Source: Tubiluchus corallicola
Taxonomy: Eukaryota > Animalia > Priapulida
Length of the DNA: 64,000 nucleotides
Reading direction: 5' to 3'
NCBI GenBank assembly: GCA_030141605.1
Contig: JAQGDQ010000223.1
Span: 66,642 to 130,641 of the forward strand
Within the stretch, counting starts at the first letter, position 1. Each line of letters starts with the position of its first letter. Positions 23,310 to 35,695 of the stretch are shown in pieces. A program made the translations under genes and the position numbers. A model generated the notes under the pieces. It worked only from the letters and a program-made list of their open reading frames with translations. It searched no databases and was not told the DNA's origin.

Positions 23310-26300
23310 TCACAATACTGTGTCTAGCACTGATAAACCTTTAAGAATCGTTTCGTCCTGAAAAAAAGAATGTCACGATAGTAACAATTAAAGCAATTTT
23401 CTCTTGCTCACCATAATGGCAATATTTCGTACGAAGGTGGGTGAAGATAGCTCCTAGTAAGGCCTGTAAGGGGGTACCTAGAACAAATTGCAATAGGATT
23501 TTTCTTTTCATATTCTGTTAAAACATGATCCTGGGTACCCTCAACAAAATCGGTAAAAAACGGCTTTGATATTTTTAAGATATATGCATAAATCCAAGAT
23601 GGCGCCTGTTGGGGTCAAAAATCAGTTATATCTCCTAAACCATCAAGCCTAGATGAAAAATAGTATTATCGACGGGGCAGCCGAGGATTCCAAAAAGGAG
23701 TAGTTTTTCATCTGAGGTCACGATAACGTTACAATACTATTATGACGTAATTAGGAACAGCACTGCTTCACTGTTGTTGAAAATGGGTTACTGGAATGAT
23801 CTTCCAATATCAGTACTTTCAATAGCATTCAAAATCAGATACAGATTGACCTAGCATGTCAGCAGTGTGAATTTTCACATTACACTTCATTGGCATCTGG
23901 ATGGTGCCTATGCGTGTCAAAAGTTGACTGCTGCTCCTAAACAATTGTTTCTTCTCGAAAGCGACGTGTTGGCGGCTGATCGGAAAATGCTGATCGGAAT
24001 GTGAATACAAAAATGTTGCCATTTTACGACATTGTCACGTCACTCAGAGCATTATTGCTTTTCATTTTATTTTTGAGTGCTTGGCAGTGGCAGTTAGCGC
24101 TTGGAAGGAATCGGCTCTACAGTCGGCTAGGTCCATCATTTTGACAATGTGATGCCGTTGTGACACAGTGTGGCATCTGTTTGCCGTTATCTTAAAGCTA
24201 GTTGTACAATTCAGTAAACAGATGACACTGGACGCTCTTTTATGGACCTTAAAGCGAGTCAGAAACAAAAAAACTAATCTAGGATAAAGGGCATTGCATG
24301 TAGTTTATCTTTACAGCAGAGGAAAGCAAGAGTTTAGCCATCTATAAATAGACAAACATGTTTGAAAAGACATATGCTAGCTAAACTACTACTAGTAGCA
24401 TCATTTCTGTACATGTTTCCATGCTAGCGGTCCTAGTGAAGGTTTGATCCATGTAACCCCTCGATGATCAAACTCCATCTACTGGACAGCTGTGTGATGT
24501 CGACTCTGTTGCATGGCAGCGAGACATGGACTATTTCCGCTGATGGCTCAGGTGCCTGGACTCCTTCCACCGAAGTCACCTATGTGTCTTATTTTACATC
24601 CACTAGTTTCACTTTGACACCAATGAAGAATTATACTGGAGACCGAATAACCAATTCTTGTGACCACCACTATCGAGCAATGCCGTCTTTGTCTCCTCCG
24701 CCACATGTGGCATGCCTGGTTGAGTCTGTCTCAGCCAGACGTCTTTCATGCTGCCTTCTGTCCTCAGTCAATCAAATCGTCCCCTCCCCCCCCCACAAAG
24801 CACACCAATTGGCATCGTTGAAAAATGGCAAGATTTTTGGCTTCATATAGTGCGTTTTCTGATCAGTCATTAACACATTACTTTCGGGGAGGATTAATTG
24901 TTTAGGAGAAGTAAACAACTTTTGACCCGCATAGGCACCATTCAGATTCCAATGAAATAATGTGAATATTCACACTGATGACATGCTAGGTCAACCTGTA
25001 ACTGATTTTGAATGCTATTGCAGGTACTGATATTGAAATTTCAGTGACCCATTTTCAACAACAGTGAAGCAGTGATGTTAACAATTACGTTATAATGCTA
25101 TTGAGACATCATCGTGACATGGCAGATGAAAAGCCGACCCCATTTTTGGAATTCTCGGGTGCACTTTCCTATCAGTCGATAATACATATTTTTTACCTAA
25201 ATCCGACGGTTTAGAAGATATAACTGATTTTTGGCCCCAGTAGGCGCAATCTCGGATTTATGCGTATATCTCAAAAGTATCAAAGCCGACTGTGGCCCAT
25301 TTTTTTGCTGGGGGTACCTGAGATTACGTTCTAACAGAATCTGAAGAGAAGAATTCCATTGCAATTTGTTCTAGGTTATTTGTTATCTTTACACGCCTAT
25401 TAAGGAATTTGAAATTTGAGACAGACTGGAATGGAATACTGTAAATCCTCATTATAACGGACCTTGTTACAGTGGTTTTCAAATCAACAGCCTGATTCTG
25501 CTGTCGGTTCTTTCTGATTAAAAGGGATAAATACGCTATGATCATGTTAGCCTGTGTCCAGACTACCTCCCGTCGGCGAATGATACAGTCAATATGCATG
25601 CATGCGATATTGTTCATCCACCAGGGCTTTGGTACATAATTACCGTTTATTGCAATACATTCTGTGTATATTGCGTTTTTATGGGTTCGCTAGTTATTTC
25701 CATTATAAGATTTTCTACTTAACGTATCCAGTTATTGTACCGCCCTCTCGCGAGTTAGTTATAACGACGGTCATCACAAGTAATGTTTTTAATTCTAGTA
25801 AACACAGCAAATGGCAGCTTTTCGATTATCAGCTGAAGCTGAATATAGCTCAATGCACAATTTTTATAAAAAAGCTTCATTTGCATTTGAATATTTCAAA
25901 TAACTTCAATCAAATGAGTATACTGCCTACATTTAACCTACCTATATTTGACTAAAATCGCCTAGTTAGCAGTCTGTGCTATTTAAATTGCTCATATCTA
26001 CAGTCTTGCAGGTTGGTCCAGAAATTGAATAATGCAGATTTGATGCTATTATGGTTATCAACCAGGAATTTTATCGGCTATATAACTGTCAGTTGTAATA
26101 TTCAATATTCCATTAGATGAATATTTGGCATGTCTTTGACGCACATTTATACTTACAAGTTGGCTTAGCAATCCAAAAGAGTTAATTCAATTTCGAAATT
26201 TATGTCTCAGATTCCAGAAATTATCAAGAGAAAAAGGTTTGGCAAGCTTTATAAAACCAGACGTAGTGTTTGATTAGATTTAGTGTACATGTAAATTTAT

Positions 26301-29300
26301 TTTACTTCTTCGTAAAAGACGTCCCAAGATAATTTGTTTACAAATTTACAATGTTAGTTCATATGACGACAGTTTCTTATTAGTTTCATTTTAATGGACT
26401 CACAGTTCTCTGTCCGCATCTGAAAGAAAACTCTTCTTGAAGTGTCGTCTGAATGCAAGGGCATAATACTCCTCAGCGTGTACAAAAGTAAAATTTAGTA
26501 GAGGCATAATACTCTACGGCATGTGCACCAGTATGTAAAATTAAACAAGAGCATAATACTCTACAGCGTGTACAAAAATGAAATTCAGCAAAGGCATAAT
26601 ATTCTGTAGCGTGTGCAAAAGTATAATTTAGCGAGGACACAATGCTCTACAGTAAATCTACAAGAAAAGTTTACTGACTATGTGAAATATGAACATTGTA
26701 AGTTTTTGGGGACTTAGATTTAGAAATTGTCATCTATCCCATAAGGAAGTTTGTGAATGCGATTTGGTCTGGACAAGTTTCCGCATGATTTAAAACGCAT
26801 CATAGTGATTAGTGATTTTGTCAAAATTATGAACTGCCGGCAAATTTGCATGTGGAAGTTGGGTCGATTTTAGGCAAACGAAAAAGCACCAAATTGTTGT
26901 TTTCTTACAGATTCAACTTATATTTATATTTACATTTGTTCAATATTTTTTAAGGTACAACGGCATCAAAAATGTTCTAAAATGGATCCGCATGGCCCGT
27001 ACGTAGCCCAAATTTGAGAGAAGCATTCTAGCAGATTCTGTTATTTCAAAAGAATAGTAGTAATGTCGACGTGGCAGAACTTACCTTTAGACAGGTTTCC
27101 ATAAATTCTTCTATTGTTATCACGCCGTCTTTATTTAAATCCATTTTCTGAAAGAATAAAATAAAATGAAAAATCACTCTATCCTGACTACGATGATAAT
27201 AACGACGACCACGATGATGATGTTGATGAATGACGACAACGACGATATTGGCAAATTATAAGGAAGCCAGGCCTATAGAGCTGCTGCCTCGTTTTGAAGA
27301 CACAGATCACATTTTTGGACAGTTTGTCGCTTTTCATTACCAAAAACTTTTATTACCGAGTTTTGACAGTTATATAACAAAGCCGGTACATTAACTATTT
27401 GTGATTTCTGGCCATCCAAACGGTATATCCCAGGCGTCACACAATATTGTCACCAATTGGTCGCGACCTTGACAAAAAATATGTCCAGAAAATGTTGCCA
27501 CCGTGTTGGTACAATATTGGATATTCTTGCCAATATTGGTACAACATTGGACCAATAATGTCGTCCAATATTGGAAACACATGGTTTACACGTACTGCTA
27601 AAAGATAGGTAAATGTTGTGGCAAGTCCACATTTCCATATTGTCCAAATATTTGCAAAAGTATTGTCACAACACTGGTACAATATTGTTGTGCTGCATTA
27701 TTATACTTTCGAAGCACAGGGTTTGTTGCCTGTTTGTTCACTCATTGAAGACCTTTTAGTGCCCTTTGCAAGTTTCATCATTAAACTTTTACCCACTTTA
27801 TCGGTTATTGGTAAAGGATCAATACCTTTTCTTGCCTGACCAGCAACTGGGTTTAACCATTAGTGCACTTTGTAGTATTTTTGATGGTTTTTGTTGTTTA
27901 TCGATTACACATTAATTTGTTGTTTATTTCTTACTTCACAGTCGGTTTTGTAAAAATTTTGTCGAAAACCGATAAGTGATTGCAAAGTTACTCATAGAAA
28001 AAGTCCGAAAAACGACACTCAAAACGTTGGTCGGATACCTCGGACGTTTTCCTCGGTGGGTGGACCTCCCTGAGGCCCACCATGGGCTGATTAAGGGTTT
28101 CACGGTGGATAGCTATTAACAAAAAACGCGCATCTGCGTATGTGCGCAATTATAAATCCAATGTGTTCAACTGGTAATCCTGACATTTACCTAAATTTGT
28201 CTTTAGCACGTTCGGTTTTAATGATTTTGTTATCCTGTTAAAAATATCTCAAATAGGGCTGCCAGCTGTCCTTTGTTAGGACAATTCTACATTTCAATCA
28301 TTGTCCTATATCCTATGTTTACTCCTAAATGATAACGTGTCTTAAATATGGATAAAAACCCAAATTGATGAATTACTTTTATAAAGTTCAAATCTCAGTC
28401 AATTTTTTTTCAAAAATGGCATTTTTACAGATATGTTCACACTATTCTTAATTATTTAAACTGGCTAAATTTTCCTTAACAATTCAAAAATATCGAAATT
28501 TAGGAAGGGTAAATTTTAAAGAGTTTTTATTAAAAATGTGTTTTTATATATATTTGAATTTTCAAAAAGTGACCCTATTCTCTTAGATTCTCAGGACTCC
28601 GAGGGTCTATCAAAAGTTTAGGCTCTTGCCCAATTAGTTTAATTGTTAATCAACTCTTGCGGCCTGGAATGAATGACACGGCAAATAGAACTCCGTATTT
28701 ACACCCCAAAGGACAGGAGAACAAGTAGGGCTGCTTTCATCCATTCCAGAAGCGCAATATTTTTTTTTAACTAAAAATGAATCGGGCGTTTAGTTTCTTA
28801 GTCAATTATCTAGTTGAGATAAAACTGTGGACCGAGATACTGAAATCGGTACTTCTTTTTCTCTGACTGATACAGAGGATTGATAAAGCACCTATCTTGG
28901 TCCAGCGACGGGGCGAAATTTAGCTTTTTTACGGCAGAAGTGGTGCTAAAGAAATTTGTCCACTATAAATCCTCTGCATCGAGAATAATAAGCTTCTAGA
29001 CATGAAGCAAAATCTGCAGTTTTTACTCAGCTAAAAAGTCTACATTTTTAGGTATATCAGTTAATACATTATTAATTTCCTTGCTGTACTGAATGTTGAC
29101 GTAGTTGTTATTAGACCGCCTGCTTATTGATTAACGCATTTTGTTTATTTTTGTTTCATAACTCTGCAAGCAACGGCATTCGAAAGTTGCAATTCATTAA
29201 CCACGTGAAGTACTTCGCTCGCAGGCACACACTGTGTTTGCCCGAAATTGAAATTCAGTGTTTGATGGCGGTTGCGAAACTGCCTCCAAAAACTGAGGAG

Positions 29301-32300
29301 AGAAACAAACGAAAACCACGAAATGTGACAATATTGACAGACGGAATGAAGGGGTCTTTAAGTGACAGTGTACACATCAGTCTAGCTGCTGTCGTGCTAA
29401 AGTACTTCTTGAGGCGTTTTTATTTTGCGGTTTGTGCGTACGTGATATGTGAGTGCTAGTCGCAATTTTTGGATCTTGTTCGGTCAAATCGCAACTCATC
29501 TGGATGTTGTTGTTGTTCTTGTTGGAAGACCATTTTGAAACAAGCCTAACGCTCCGAGAATTTGCAATAGTTCGTTATGACACGGCACGCGAGTTTACTA
29601 GAACGCAGGCACACACTGTGTTTGCCCGAAATTGAAATTCAGTGTTCGATGGCGGTTGCGAAACTGCCACCAAAAACTGAGCAGAGAAAGAAACGAAAAC
29701 CACGAAATATGACAATAGTGACTGACGGAATGAAGGGAACGTTAAGTGAAAGTGTACACATATTGATTTGATGATTTTGAATGTAAATATTTGTTTTATA
29801 TAAAAGTTTGTTTTTATTGTTTGCATATGATGTGAAATAAAAAAATAAAAAAAACGAATTCCGCACCGACTTACGAATTTTCTACCCGCCATTTTTAATT
29901 CAAGATGGCGGCGGTAATATCATTTCGAAGAAAGCCTCGGGCTCTGCCAGTTCGCAAAGGATCGTCATAAAACTTAACAGGAATATACTAGAACGAATTC
30001 AGCATTGACTGATGGAATCGATTTTTGACCTGACATCTTAATTTCAGAATTGCGACAGTGACGTCATTTGCTAAAAAACCTAAAAGCCTGGCCTGCGAAC
30101 AAATGCACTAGAACAAATGCTGGGCGAAAGTACAGGGGCATATGGAAAGGGGGCTTAGATAGGAGTGAAAAATGGAGAAAGGAAATGGTGACATTTAATT
30201 CATTTATTATATAGACCAAAATCGAACTATAAAAATTTTGAGTTGATTTTGATTCTTACTCACACTATATTTTAGAAAATCTTCAAAGGGAAGAGGTATG
30301 GTCTTACCCATATGCTTCGCATGAATGGTTTATGACAACCTATTGTATTCGAGACAAAGTCAAAGACAAAAATACTGTACAACATTTATTTAACGTTGTT
30401 TATTCTAACAGGTAACATTAGCACTGAGCGCTATTTAGCGACTTACAACAATACAGGCAAGGACGCAACACACACGACGAATAACATGTAGGCTGTATGT
30501 CCTGGCGTTTGCAGCCGCTAGACTCAAAATCTAGACTGCGTGGTTGCAGTCCAAAATCTAGACTACTCGGCCACACACCCCTTGACAAACTCGTACTGTT
30601 TGTGGCAGTTTGCTCACTGGAGGCTGTGTACGGTCATACGTGGCTAAAACAGCTCTGCTGGTTCAGTGGCTCATCTTTGAGGGTTATCAAAGATAATATC
30701 GAGTCAGGCTCTGGTCATACCAGAAAAATGATTCTGCCGTTGAAAGCCTGATTCAAGCTTGCAGTGTGTCGAAGCGTATATGAAAAAAGAAAAAAAATCA
30801 CAACTAGCATAACTTACGTCAAAGACCATGTCTACATGATCTTGTGCTGTAGTTTCCTCAAGCATTGGTGATGTGTACCTTCCTAGCATGTCATATATAC
30901 TGGACACAATGTCAAGCATTTCTTCTCTTGTCACGTATCCATCCTGGTTGATGTCGTACAGGTTGAATGCCCACTGAAGCTTTTCTGTCGTTGTACCTCT
31001 GGCAAGAACTGATAGACCCATAACGAAGTCCTGAAAAAATGGTGACCGTTAACAGCATCAGTTCTGAAAAATGGGTTCATTATTGGTACGATGCTAGGTG
31101 AATAGCAACAACCAGAGCCATTCCATAAGATTAATTAATGGAGGCTTAGTCATTCAATGCAATTGTAGAGACATGTATTTCTTAGATGAAGCCAGGAAAG
31201 CAGATTTACTCATCAATTAACTAGTCTTCAATGATGATGTACAATGTAACGATTAATTGGCTAAGACGTTCAGCCAGCTAACTGACTGATGAACAAATTA
31301 ATCATCTGCAGAAGCCTGTTAGTCGCCGATAGCTTAATAAGTGAGTTTGTCAGCATGTGGGTCACTAAGGGGTCGAATGTTCGAATAAGAGAGAGAGTAT
31401 GAGAATATGCGGGGTAGATGCTTATACGTACATTTCGATGCGGTGGTTGTTGTGGGTTTATGCGCAAATTTTTGTGGGGTTTGGCTAGTTTTATGCAAAG
31501 AAGTAAGACTTCAATGAAAATTAAAGGGAAAATTTTTAGAAATAATGAATCAATAACGAAACTAGTTAAGCGATCGCAATAAAATTCGCATGCGTAAAAT
31601 TCTTTTGCGATCAGGCAGTATGGGCAAAATTTGATTGCGATTCTTGGCTAATATTACGTAGACAGTTAATAAAAAAGGGCAAATTAAAAGGAAAAAATAT
31701 TAAGAAATAATGAATTTACAACGAAGTTATTTGAGCGGGTCAGGTAGTTAGTCAGTCAGTAAATTAGTCAGTGTAAGGCCACGTACATTTATTTGAGCTG
31801 GGTTTTTCTCCTCACGACTTATGCCTTATGGATTACGTCCAGCTCTGTGTGTCAGTGTCTGACACGAGCCTAAATGCCCTTCGGTAAGTCACCATTTTAG
31901 TATTCAGCAACTCAACACCGAAAACAATTCTGGATCTTACAAGAAAAATCGATAGTTAGCTAGAAAAAGGCATTCTGCACTGTCCGCGGCTTCCTGCAAC
32001 TGAAAAGTTTCAGTAAAATGCAAACAGAAATAATTCAATGAATTGACATCAGAAGACACCCGCGTCAATAATATCCTTTTAGTGACTTGTCCTTTATCAG
32101 CCATTACACCCACCATCAAGCAACGCTCAACGCCTTGACAGAATGTATTTCTGTCCAATAAATGACTGCTGGCTTGTCTCCCAGAAGAAACAAGCACAAA
32201 ATACGGATAAGACAGATTCTTATAACCGCTTTCGTCATTTACCAATAACTCGAAGTTAACAACTTTTTCTCGTTTTTTCGTTTCTCTCGTCTTTTCAATT

Positions 32301-33080
32301 ACAATTTTGGTTAATTGTTTCACTAGGCAGTTGTGGAACTACATTTTTGAACGCCTATAACGTTAAAGGCGATACACAACTCTGACATGCGGTAAGGATT
32401 AATTATTTTTTTCAGTTACGATTCTGGGTAAAAAAATTTGCACTTACGGAGCTATATTTGTTAACGCTCATAATGTTAAAAGGCAATGCACAACTTTGAT
32501 GTGCTGTATAGAATAATTAATTTTCACTAAAGAAAAGATCAGCAAAGTAGTATTGCTCTTGTAATTTTTTTTAGATCACATTACATTAACAAAGTAAATT
32601 ATTACATTAACTATCACATTACGTTAATTATTTAAATTTAATGTCCATGCTTGTCCATTCTAGAAAAAGTTTAATTTTAGTTGGTTTAGGTTTGCCGAAC
32701 TTCTTAACAAAAATTCTTTGTTGTCACGTGTGATACAGAAAATAAATTTGACAAGTGAAATGTTTTTGAGCTGAGCACTCCCACTAGACAAATTTATTGC
32801 TCAAAATGTATGTATCCGCGGAAAAAATTAACGAGGAAGAAATTGTTATTTTAGCTTATGGGCCTGTTTAACTTTGACAACGTCTAATAATTCACCGAAA
32901 GACAAATTTCTGATAGGAAACTGCAATGAAACGTAATCTTAAAACTGGCACGTCGAAGCTAATTAATTTTCAATTTCATTTCTAACAAAGTTACTAATTA
33001 ATACGCAACTAACTAGGAGAAAATTGAAATCCAGCAAGATAGATGCATAATTTCACAATTTTTTGCGTTGTTAAGGATTG

Positions 33081-33178
<98 letters not shown>

Positions 33179-35695
33179 CGCGAGAGAGCGAGAGAGAGAG
33201 AGAGAGAAGAGGGGGATTCACTCGGTATTCCTTAGTATAATTAACTTACCTCAAAAGTGACATTGCCATTATTATCTTGGTCGAAAAGTTGGAAAACGTA
33301 ATGAGCGTATTGGCTAGCATCTGCAAATACATGAAACTTAATTAATTCTATTAAACTGGTGAAAGGATAGAGGGCTGGAGGACAAAGCAAAAACATAGCG
33401 CTAACAGTGCATATAAACAATAGCGGAGCTTTGTTTAGCGAAGTTTGTTAATTGATGTGAACTATGAAATTTATTTCGCATATCAGGAAGTACGCTATCA
33501 GATACATCAACAAAGTTTGAAGTTAAACAATTTTAAGTAGTGTGTCTACCATCTGGTCATTTTCACACTCACCTTGCTAATATAGGAAAAATAATTATAA
33601 TATGAATACTTATATAGAAGTGTACATTTCACCTAACAATGTAACTGAGAGGGGTGTAATAACAGCAATAGCATTTTCTAGTTGTTTATACAGAAGGGTT
33701 AAACATTTTCTAGATATCATCAGGTCTTTTCTCTCACTCATTTTTTCCTCCTCTGCGTTTATTATTGATTGACCTCTAAAGGTGATCTTGTAAAACAAGC
33801 GTGCGAGTTTCCCGGCGAAGTGAATACTGCAAGCACTTAGTCCATCATTCGGTTTGTCAGTTTTAGCAAGTGAATTTAGTGACGGAAGAAGAACCAATGA
33901 CAGAACAAAGCGACCAGTTGCTGATGATGGTTGCGGTTGTAGATGGGCAGAGAGTCAATTTGCTTTCTTTCCTTCCTTAAAATGCATCCAATCAATTTAA
34001 GTAAATTTATGCAGGAAAACATGTGTGTTTTAAAAGACTAATTTATTGTTAAAACACTTAAAAAATTTAAAATCGCTGTAGCATAGCCGATGTTCGACTG
34101 CAGTATTCAGCAAGTTTGCCAGTTTGCAAGAGTTTTTAAACAACAACTAGTTTATATGAATGGATACTTACAGTCGAAACGTCTGTAATGCTACATTGAT
34201 TTCAAAATTTTCGTGTGTTTTAACAATAAGTTTGTCTTTTATTTTAAAACCGGATTGTCTTTTGTAAAACTGTAATATTTACAGTTTTTAGTTTTTAAAG
34301 CTATTGATAACAAAATTGTGTTTTTTACATAGATAAATTTCGAGTTTCGACCAGAATTGTTAGATTATAGTTGGACTGTTGGAATTGTTCCATAAATAGT
34401 CAGAAGTTCAGAAGTTCAGTTTAATCCTGTAACGTTTAAATGCGATTATAATGCACCACCTTTTTATTTTTAATACCAGCAGCCTGGGAAGGCAGTTAAA
34501 GTTTACCGAACAAATATTAAGGGGAAACGTAGACTTATATGCACTTACCTCCTTGTGGAAAAAACTGAGCGTAAATATCCTTAAAAGTCTCTTCATTTAC
34601 CATACCCGTTGGACATTCCTATAAAGAAAGTGGTCATTTTCGAAACATGATTTACAAACAGGGTGATTTGATATTTATAAGATTCTTGATGGCATTATAA
34701 TATTACAGTCTGTGTTTGGGGAAGTCCAAAGACGCTAGTCTCAAATTGATGGGTTACTAACCAACATTTGATATCAATAATACCAACCGATTTCCGCCTT
34801 GGGATGAAATTTCTTGCTTTTACGCCACTGACGCTTTATGCGTTTACATTAGTAGTATTTATCACATATACAGTTATATGGAAAAAGTTGCGGCAAGATA
34901 TAAAAATCTTATTTTTAATTAACACCTTTGCTTTGTTTTAAAATATCAAATATACTTTGCACAAAATTGTTATCGATTCCATATAAGCAAACGCATTGTT
35001 ATTTTTTCACAGGTTTATCCACATGTGAAAATTCTAACGCTGACCTTCTATAGATGGTGCGTGGATGATATTTATACATACATTTTACTGGTTTTCCACT
35101 ATTATTGTTGCGGGCTGTGTTTTTCAATGAATGATCTTTCTACGTAGGGAAATTTTACATTTTAAATCTACTTCGCTACATGACTGGCCGGTTGCCACTT
35201 TTGTTTACTAAAGTGGCGTTTAGGTAGCATCCGGAATGCGTTATGCGTTATTCACTTTCGGAATAGATGCGGAATAAAAATCAATAGGAAATGTTTGCAG
35301 AAAAAATAACGCATAACATAGGTCTGATAAACGGGTGCATTGAAAGCAGTATAAACCGATTTTATCTACTGCGCACCCCCATAACGCATACGTATTCCGA
35401 ATGTCAGGTAAACGCCACTTAACTCGTCAACCTTAATTTTTATAGTTTTTTTTGGAAGGGGAAGTTTCTTTAAGTTTGTGAACTCAAGAAAATGAATGAC
35501 ACATTCACTACAAAGATTACTGACAGACGTGCTAATAAAGTAGGCATAAACTAAACTTCATGAGTTGTACCTGTTTGAATCCTCTGTACATCATTTGCAA
35601 CTCTTTGCGACTGAACCTGGTCGTCTTGCAAAGTGAATCCAGCCCTTCTGGTTTATATCTAACCACTTGCATCTCCAGATCATCAATATCATGAT
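23310..35695 (-). CDS. KCNIP: Kv channel-interacting protein (KChIP/KCNIP/calsenilin family neuronal calcium sensor), core coding exons
   Basis: Exons 35695-35571 ([30 protein letters not shown]), 34618-34549 ([23 protein letters not shown]), 33320-33250 ([24 protein letters not shown]), 31030-30818 ([12 protein letters not shown]...[18 protein letters not shown]...), 27147-27085 ([21 protein letters not shown]), 23357-23310 ([15 protein letters not shown]). All GT-AG and in frame; degenerate CPxG EF1 plus three EF-hand loops. The first exon lies upstream and must end in phase 1. Confidence 0.95.
23476..25376. mobile_element. Long inverted repeat (foldback-like element): arms about 23476-23947 and 24896-25376
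   Basis: Arms are reverse complements over about 470 bp (ACCTAGAACAAATTGCAAT / ATTGCAATTTGTTCTAGGT; CACTGCTTCACTGTTGTTGAAAATGGGT / ACCCATTTTCAACAACAGTGAAGCAGTG; GACCTAGCATGTCA / TGACATGCTAGGTC), roughly 75-85% identity by eye. Confidence 0.9.
24460..24760 (+). pseudogene. RTE-like LINE ORF2 3' fragment
   Basis: [23 protein letters not shown] matches the RTE-clade motif (K..IY...VLSTLLYGSETW); the frame decays afterwards. Confidence 0.65.
26455..26653. repeat. Minisatellite, 43-47-bp unit, about 4.5 copies
   Basis: GGCATAATACTCTACAGCGTGTACAAAAGTAAAATTTAGCA-like unit begins near 26461, 26504, 26551, 26594 and 26637. Confidence 0.85.
27429..27851. mobile_element. Probable MITE with CCCAG...CTGGG ends and an internal CCAATATTGG palindrome array
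   Basis: Dense (C)CAATATTG(G) variants across 27436-27690; CCCAG at 27429 and CTGGG at 27847-27851. Confidence 0.5.
29220..29761. repeat. Direct duplication of about 157 bp (29220-29377 and 29604-29761)
   Basis: CGCAGGCACACACTGTGTTTGCCCGAAATTGAAATTCAGTG...GACGGAATGAAGGG...TTAAGTGA.AGTGTACACAT is present twice at high identity. Confidence 0.9.
33084..33208. repeat. (AG)n microsatellite
   Basis: Directly visible; about 40 bp from the KChIP donor at 33249. Confidence 0.97.
34028..34245. repeat. Imperfect inverted repeat resembling paired Penelope-like element ends
   Basis: AAAAGAC...TTATTGTTAAAACAC...AAATC..TGTAGCAT...TTCGACTG pairs with CAGTCGAAACGTC...ATGCTACA..GATTT...GTGTTTTAACAATAA...GTCTTTT. 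Confidence 0.7.
35212..35419. mobile_element. PIF/Harbinger (Tourist-like) MITE
   Basis: TIR AGTGGCGTTTA ... TAAACGCCACT flanked by TAA on both sides (3-bp TSD); internal inverted ATGCGTTAT/ATAACGCAT repeats. Confidence 0.85.

Noticed and set aside
26455-26653. Regularly spaced repeats resembling a CRISPR array
   Set aside because: Whole units are similar with no unique spacers, there are no cas genes, and it lies in a eukaryotic intron: a minisatellite.
26960-27040. Proximal alternative last exon for KChIP
   Set aside because: It would need an intron of about 45 nt and gives a non-homologous tail; 23357-23310 gives the canonical ending.
29127-29892. Paired similar ORFs ([14 protein letters not shown]...)
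   Set aside because: Produced by a 157-bp intronic duplication; no recognisable domain or splice structure.
33009-33260. RE/SL-repeat ORFs (also poly-L at 37629, ORFs at 39393, 57362-57859, 60484-60849, 61576-61872)
   Set aside because: Translations of microsatellites.
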